A DNA stretch of 64,000 nucleotides from Lama guanicoe (lineage: Eukaryota), in the NCBI GenBank assembly GCA_013239625.1, contig MU054323.1, forward strand, positions 3,584,161 through 3,648,160, in the 5' to 3' direction. Below are positions 60,301-64,000 of this stretch, piece after piece; the stretch's first letter is position 1, and each line of letters starts with the position of its first letter. The position numbers and the translations under genes were made by a program. The notes under the pieces were generated by a model. The model had not been told where the DNA came from. It did not search any database and saw only the letters and a list, made by a program, of their open reading frames with translations.

Positions 60301-61642
60301 CACTCTTGTCTTTACCTCCTCTACCTCCTTCGGCAGGTCCCAACATGGCAGTGCCCCCAAGGAACGTAGCACAGGATGGCTCAGGGCCTGCACAGAGCAG
60401 GTATCTGATGCATGTGTGCAGAATAAACGCACAAAGCAGGTACTCAATACACAGGTGCAGAATAAATGCACAAACAGACAAAAGAGCAGTAAACAAATGG
60501 GCCTCACAACACAGTGCCTGACCACAATTGGGCCTCAACAAGTATTTATTCAAATCAGCAAAAGAGGCTGTGAAGGCTGATCCATGATATCACAGTATCC
60601 CCGTTGGTGGCTTCCTTCATCTCTCTCTCACACACACACACGTACATGACATCTTCCCAGAACACTTGTGAAACTTTGTCCTGCTTTGTCCTGGCCAAAT
60701 AGCCCTGTACTATTTGTCCCTCACTCTCAAAATGTACACTCCCAGGACCCCTGCCCACTTCCCCCCGACACACCCCGCTCCCCTCCACCCTCTAATTTCC
60801 CCCTCCCTCTCCCCAACCTCCCATCTCCCTAACACACACACTGCCATGTTAGGGAATGGTCTCAACTTCCAACTGCGATTTCAAAAGATGTTGATCTTTG
60901 TCAGCTGCATTAATGAATCACAGCCTAGGAGGCGCCAACCTTCCTAAAAATATCTGAGAACCCTCAGTGCAGAGAGGGGCTGTGAAGGCGTGTGCGTCCG
61001 GATGGAGCCTTGCCCTGGCTATGGCCCCATCCCCACCTGCTCTGAGCTCCGAAAGCCCGAATGGGTGGGTGCGGAGCCGGTACGTCTGAGAGAGCCTTCA
61101 TTTCCCCCCACACACACACACTATAGATAGGGAAACCAAGGCCCAGAAGTGGGAAGGGTCAGAGATGAAGACCTCCTTGGTTCCCAGTGAAGGGCTCTGC
61201 AAAGTGCTGTCTCTGTGTCAGCACCTGCTGGGGGTGGGGCGGAAGGGGACTCCTTTGTCTAGAGCTGTGGCTGGGCTGGGCTAGGCTGGGCTGGCCCGGG
61301 ACCAAGCCCTGCTCTGATGGGACCTCAGCTGCCCACCACGCAGATCCAATAAAGAGCTCCTCCAGGCTGAAGCAGTTCACCAGGGACAAGGGGGAGAGGG
61401 GAGGTCGCACAGGGCCCCCAGGCCATGGTGGGCTTGCCCTCTTATAACTGGTTTATGCTTCTCAAGCAGGGAGACTAGGAATGGCCCCCAAGATGGAGAG
61501 CGGCGGCATTGAGACAGTTCTGCTTCAGAGAGAAGTGAGTCCATTCCTCTGAAATTCCTGCACAGGGAGCTTCTTAGTGCTCACCCTGGGCCCCACTCCC
61601 CACCCCGTCATAGAATCCTCCAGGTCTCTCTGGCAGCCCCAG

Positions 61643-61782
61643 CCATGTTTCTTCACATGTGGCCCCAGGACCAGCAGCAGCACCTGGGAGCTTGTTGGAA
61701 ATGCAGACTCTCAGGCCCCACCCCAGACCAGCTGGATCAGATCCCCAGTGTTTTTATGCCCATTGGAGTTTGAGAAGCACTG
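61643..61782 (+). mobile_element. MER5A-like hAT MITE
   Basis: ggaccagcagcagcacctgggagcttgttggaaatgcagactctcaggccccaccccagacc...agtttgagaagcactg. Confidence 0.85.
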
Positions 61783-62744
61783 GCCTGTGAAACCACGTAG
61801 CATCAGGTCACACCCCGCAGTGACGTGTGATTAATTAATTGCACATGAACAATATTATTAATTAGCTGGGAGGGAGGCCGGAGGACTAAAATAGGAGAGG
61901 GGGACCCCCTAGGATGGCAAATCCATATGAAAAGTTGAAACTGCTGCTCGGCCCCTCTGGAGGAACGAGGTTCATAAAATGATTGAATCTGGGGAAAATA
62001 AAGGTGGGAGACTCTGGTCCTGCCCTCTTCCTGAGGCTGGAGCTCCTCTGCAGTCTCTCCAACAGCTGCTTTCCAGTCCCGGCTTGGGCTCCTACCATGA
62101 CGGGGAGCTCACTACCTCCCAGGCAGCCACTGGGAGGAGGACGGCTGTGACCCTTCAGGCCCCCCTCACATGGAGCTGATCTGCCTCCAGGCCCCCGCTG
62201 GCCTGCTCGCCAGCACTTGGTCCCCTCTGGGCTGCCCGTCTCCAGGCCTATCCTCCTTTGATCCTCGACGCCCTGCCACTTTATTCTTTCTCTAGTCCCA
62301 GAAATAGTCTTTCTATTTGTGTGTGGAGAGTCATTTTATGGGTCTCTTTTCACTGAGCGTGGAGGTGTTGAAGAGGCCTCTATGGAGGCAGAACTTCTGC
62401 TGTGAGGATTCAGTGAGTTGGCCTCACTTCACTCCTTCCTCTGGCCATCAGACAAGTGGGCACAGGGCAGGCTTGGTTAAGTCAGAGGCCCTGGGAGGTG
62501 GTACCTCCACGGGCCTTTCTGAGCTGCAGACACTATGGTGCACGTCTAGGGCACAGGTGCAGGGGATGCTGGGTGACTGCCAGGCATCACCCCTTGCTGC
62601 AGTGAGGGCCACGGGGACCGCAGGGGATTGAAGAATCATGTCTCAAGGAGCTGTGGGAGACAGCAGATGTACGCAGCCCAGGGGCCCAACTCTGTGTCCC
62701 TCCCTGCCCTCTCCATAGGGCTCCAGACCTGTACCTCTGGACAC

Positions 62745-62930
62745 CTCCAACTGCCCACACCATAGGCCTCAAACTCAAATCTTCTAGAGCTGAATTCATC
62801 CTCCCCTTCCCCAGCACTGCAGCGACATCTCACCAAGTGGCACCATTGTTACCCAGGGTCCAAGCTGCAAACTAGGGGTCACCTTCAGTTCTGCCCCCCA
62901 TTCCCTCCCCCTTATCTCCTCCATACCTCT
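62745..62930 (+). mobile_element. L2 LINE fragment
   Basis: ggcctcaaactcaa...gctgaattcatcctcc...tggcaccattgttacccag. Confidence 0.65.
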
Positions 62931-63114
62931 CACGAAGTTCTCAGACTCCTGAACGTCTGGTGGCCATGCCATGCAGAGGGGAAAACACTGGTCTCAGAGC
63001 CCAGGAACATTGTTCTGGTCCCACCCTGTCACTGACTCAGGCATGTTCTGATCCCTCTCTGAACCTTTCCCCCATCTACACGGTGACGACCCCTCAGAGC
63101 TGGGTTACTCTAGA

Positions 63115-63314
63115 CCTATGGTGACAAATGGAAGCCACTAGGTACAGGCGACTATTTAAATTTAATGTTAAGTTGAATAAAAAATTCAGTTCCTCAATCA
63201 CACTAGCCACATTTCAAATGCTTAACCATCACTGGTGGCTGGTGATTACTATATTGGGCAGTGCAGGTATTGAACATTTCTGTCATCACAGAAAGTTCTG
63301 AATAGACAGTGCTG
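63115..63314 (-). mobile_element. MER3-like hAT MITE
   Basis: aaaattcagttcctcaatcacactagccacatttcaaatgctt...gaacatttctgtcatcacagaaagttct...gacagtgctg. Confidence 0.85.
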
Positions 63315-63319
63315 TTCCA

Positions 63320-63490
63320 CAGGCCAGTGAATTTGAATGAACCAAGGAATCACCTGGGCTCTTGTTAAAATGCAAATTCTGACCCAGAGGCTGGTGGGGG
63401 CTGGTGGGGGGTGCAAATTCTGTGCCTCTAACGAGCTCCCTGGTGACATCGCTGCTGTTAGGCTGAGTTCCGCTCTGTGAGTAGCAAAGG
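63320..63490 (+). mobile_element. MER5B-like hAT MITE
   Basis: gaatcacctggg...cttgttaaaatgcaaattctgac...ctaacgagctccctggtga...tgagtagcaaagg. Confidence 0.72.
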
Positions 63491-63496
63491 TCTAGA

Positions 63497-63678
63497 TGGT
63501 GCTGCTCATCGTGAATGTGGGGTTGGCAGCATCAGCACCAACTGGCAGCATCTGAGAGATGTAGAATCTCAGGCCCCACCCTAGACCTGCTGAATCAGAA
63601 GTGCTGGGGGGCCCAGGAATCTGTGTTTTAGCAGGCTCTCCAGGTGAGTCACGGGCACATTTGAGTTTGAGACTCCTG
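63497..63678 (+). mobile_element. MER5A hAT MITE
   Basis: cagcatcagcacca...ctcaggccccaccctagacctgctgaatcagaa...aatctgtgttttagcaggctctccaggtga...agtttgaga. Confidence 0.85.
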
Positions 63679-64000
63679 ATCTAGAAGGCAGAGTCTGTCG
63701 GGATTCCACGAAGTAGCTGCTGGAGTTAAACGACATCACTTCTCTCCCAAAGTGTTCTGCTAGGTTCAAACTTGCTACCCTCAAGCAGAGATGGGGAACC
63801 TCGTGTCACTTCCGTTAGGGCTGCATCCTGCTTACTGGGGGATCAGGAAGAGGAGAGGAACAGCAGCCAGGTCTTGTCCTGAGCTCTCTTTGCAACTGGA
63901 GCTCCAGATAGCCGGTCACGGCCACTTCTTCCCAGCAGCAGGCCCAGCGTTCTCTGTGGAAAGAAACAGAGCCGCAGTGTCCAGCCAAGGACAGGTGCTC

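Overview
Eutherian mammal genomic DNA, non-coding as far as I can see. I recognise no protein-coding exon, tRNA, rRNA or CRISPR array, and the ORF track is explained by chance, simple repeats and decayed transposons. The window is dominated by old interspersed repeats: MIR, L2, L1M 3' ends, MaLR/ERVL LTRs (MLT1, MLT2, LTR16, MER21) and hAT/Tigger MITEs (MER3, MER5, MER44, MER45A, MER91, MER103, Charlie1). These are separated by unique sequence containing several AT-rich, homeodomain-motif-dense islands that look like enhancers, as in a gene desert or large intron. One young retro-insertion (23570-23951, perfect 13-bp TSD) has a Cetartiodactyla-type L1 3' end. I saw no Alu, B1/B2, Bov-A/BovB, PRE1, CHR or Can-SINE, which points to a camelid (inference). 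Repeat family names come from my recall of consensus sequences, not a search, and boundaries are approximate unless a TSD or TIR is quoted. I found no convincing novel biological system. The best leads are the chimeric young L1-derived insertion, an unassigned LTR carrying RFX and CRE-like motifs, a CpG-retaining promoter-like patch near 14.0 kb, a 17-bp composite minisatellite and the candidate enhancers.
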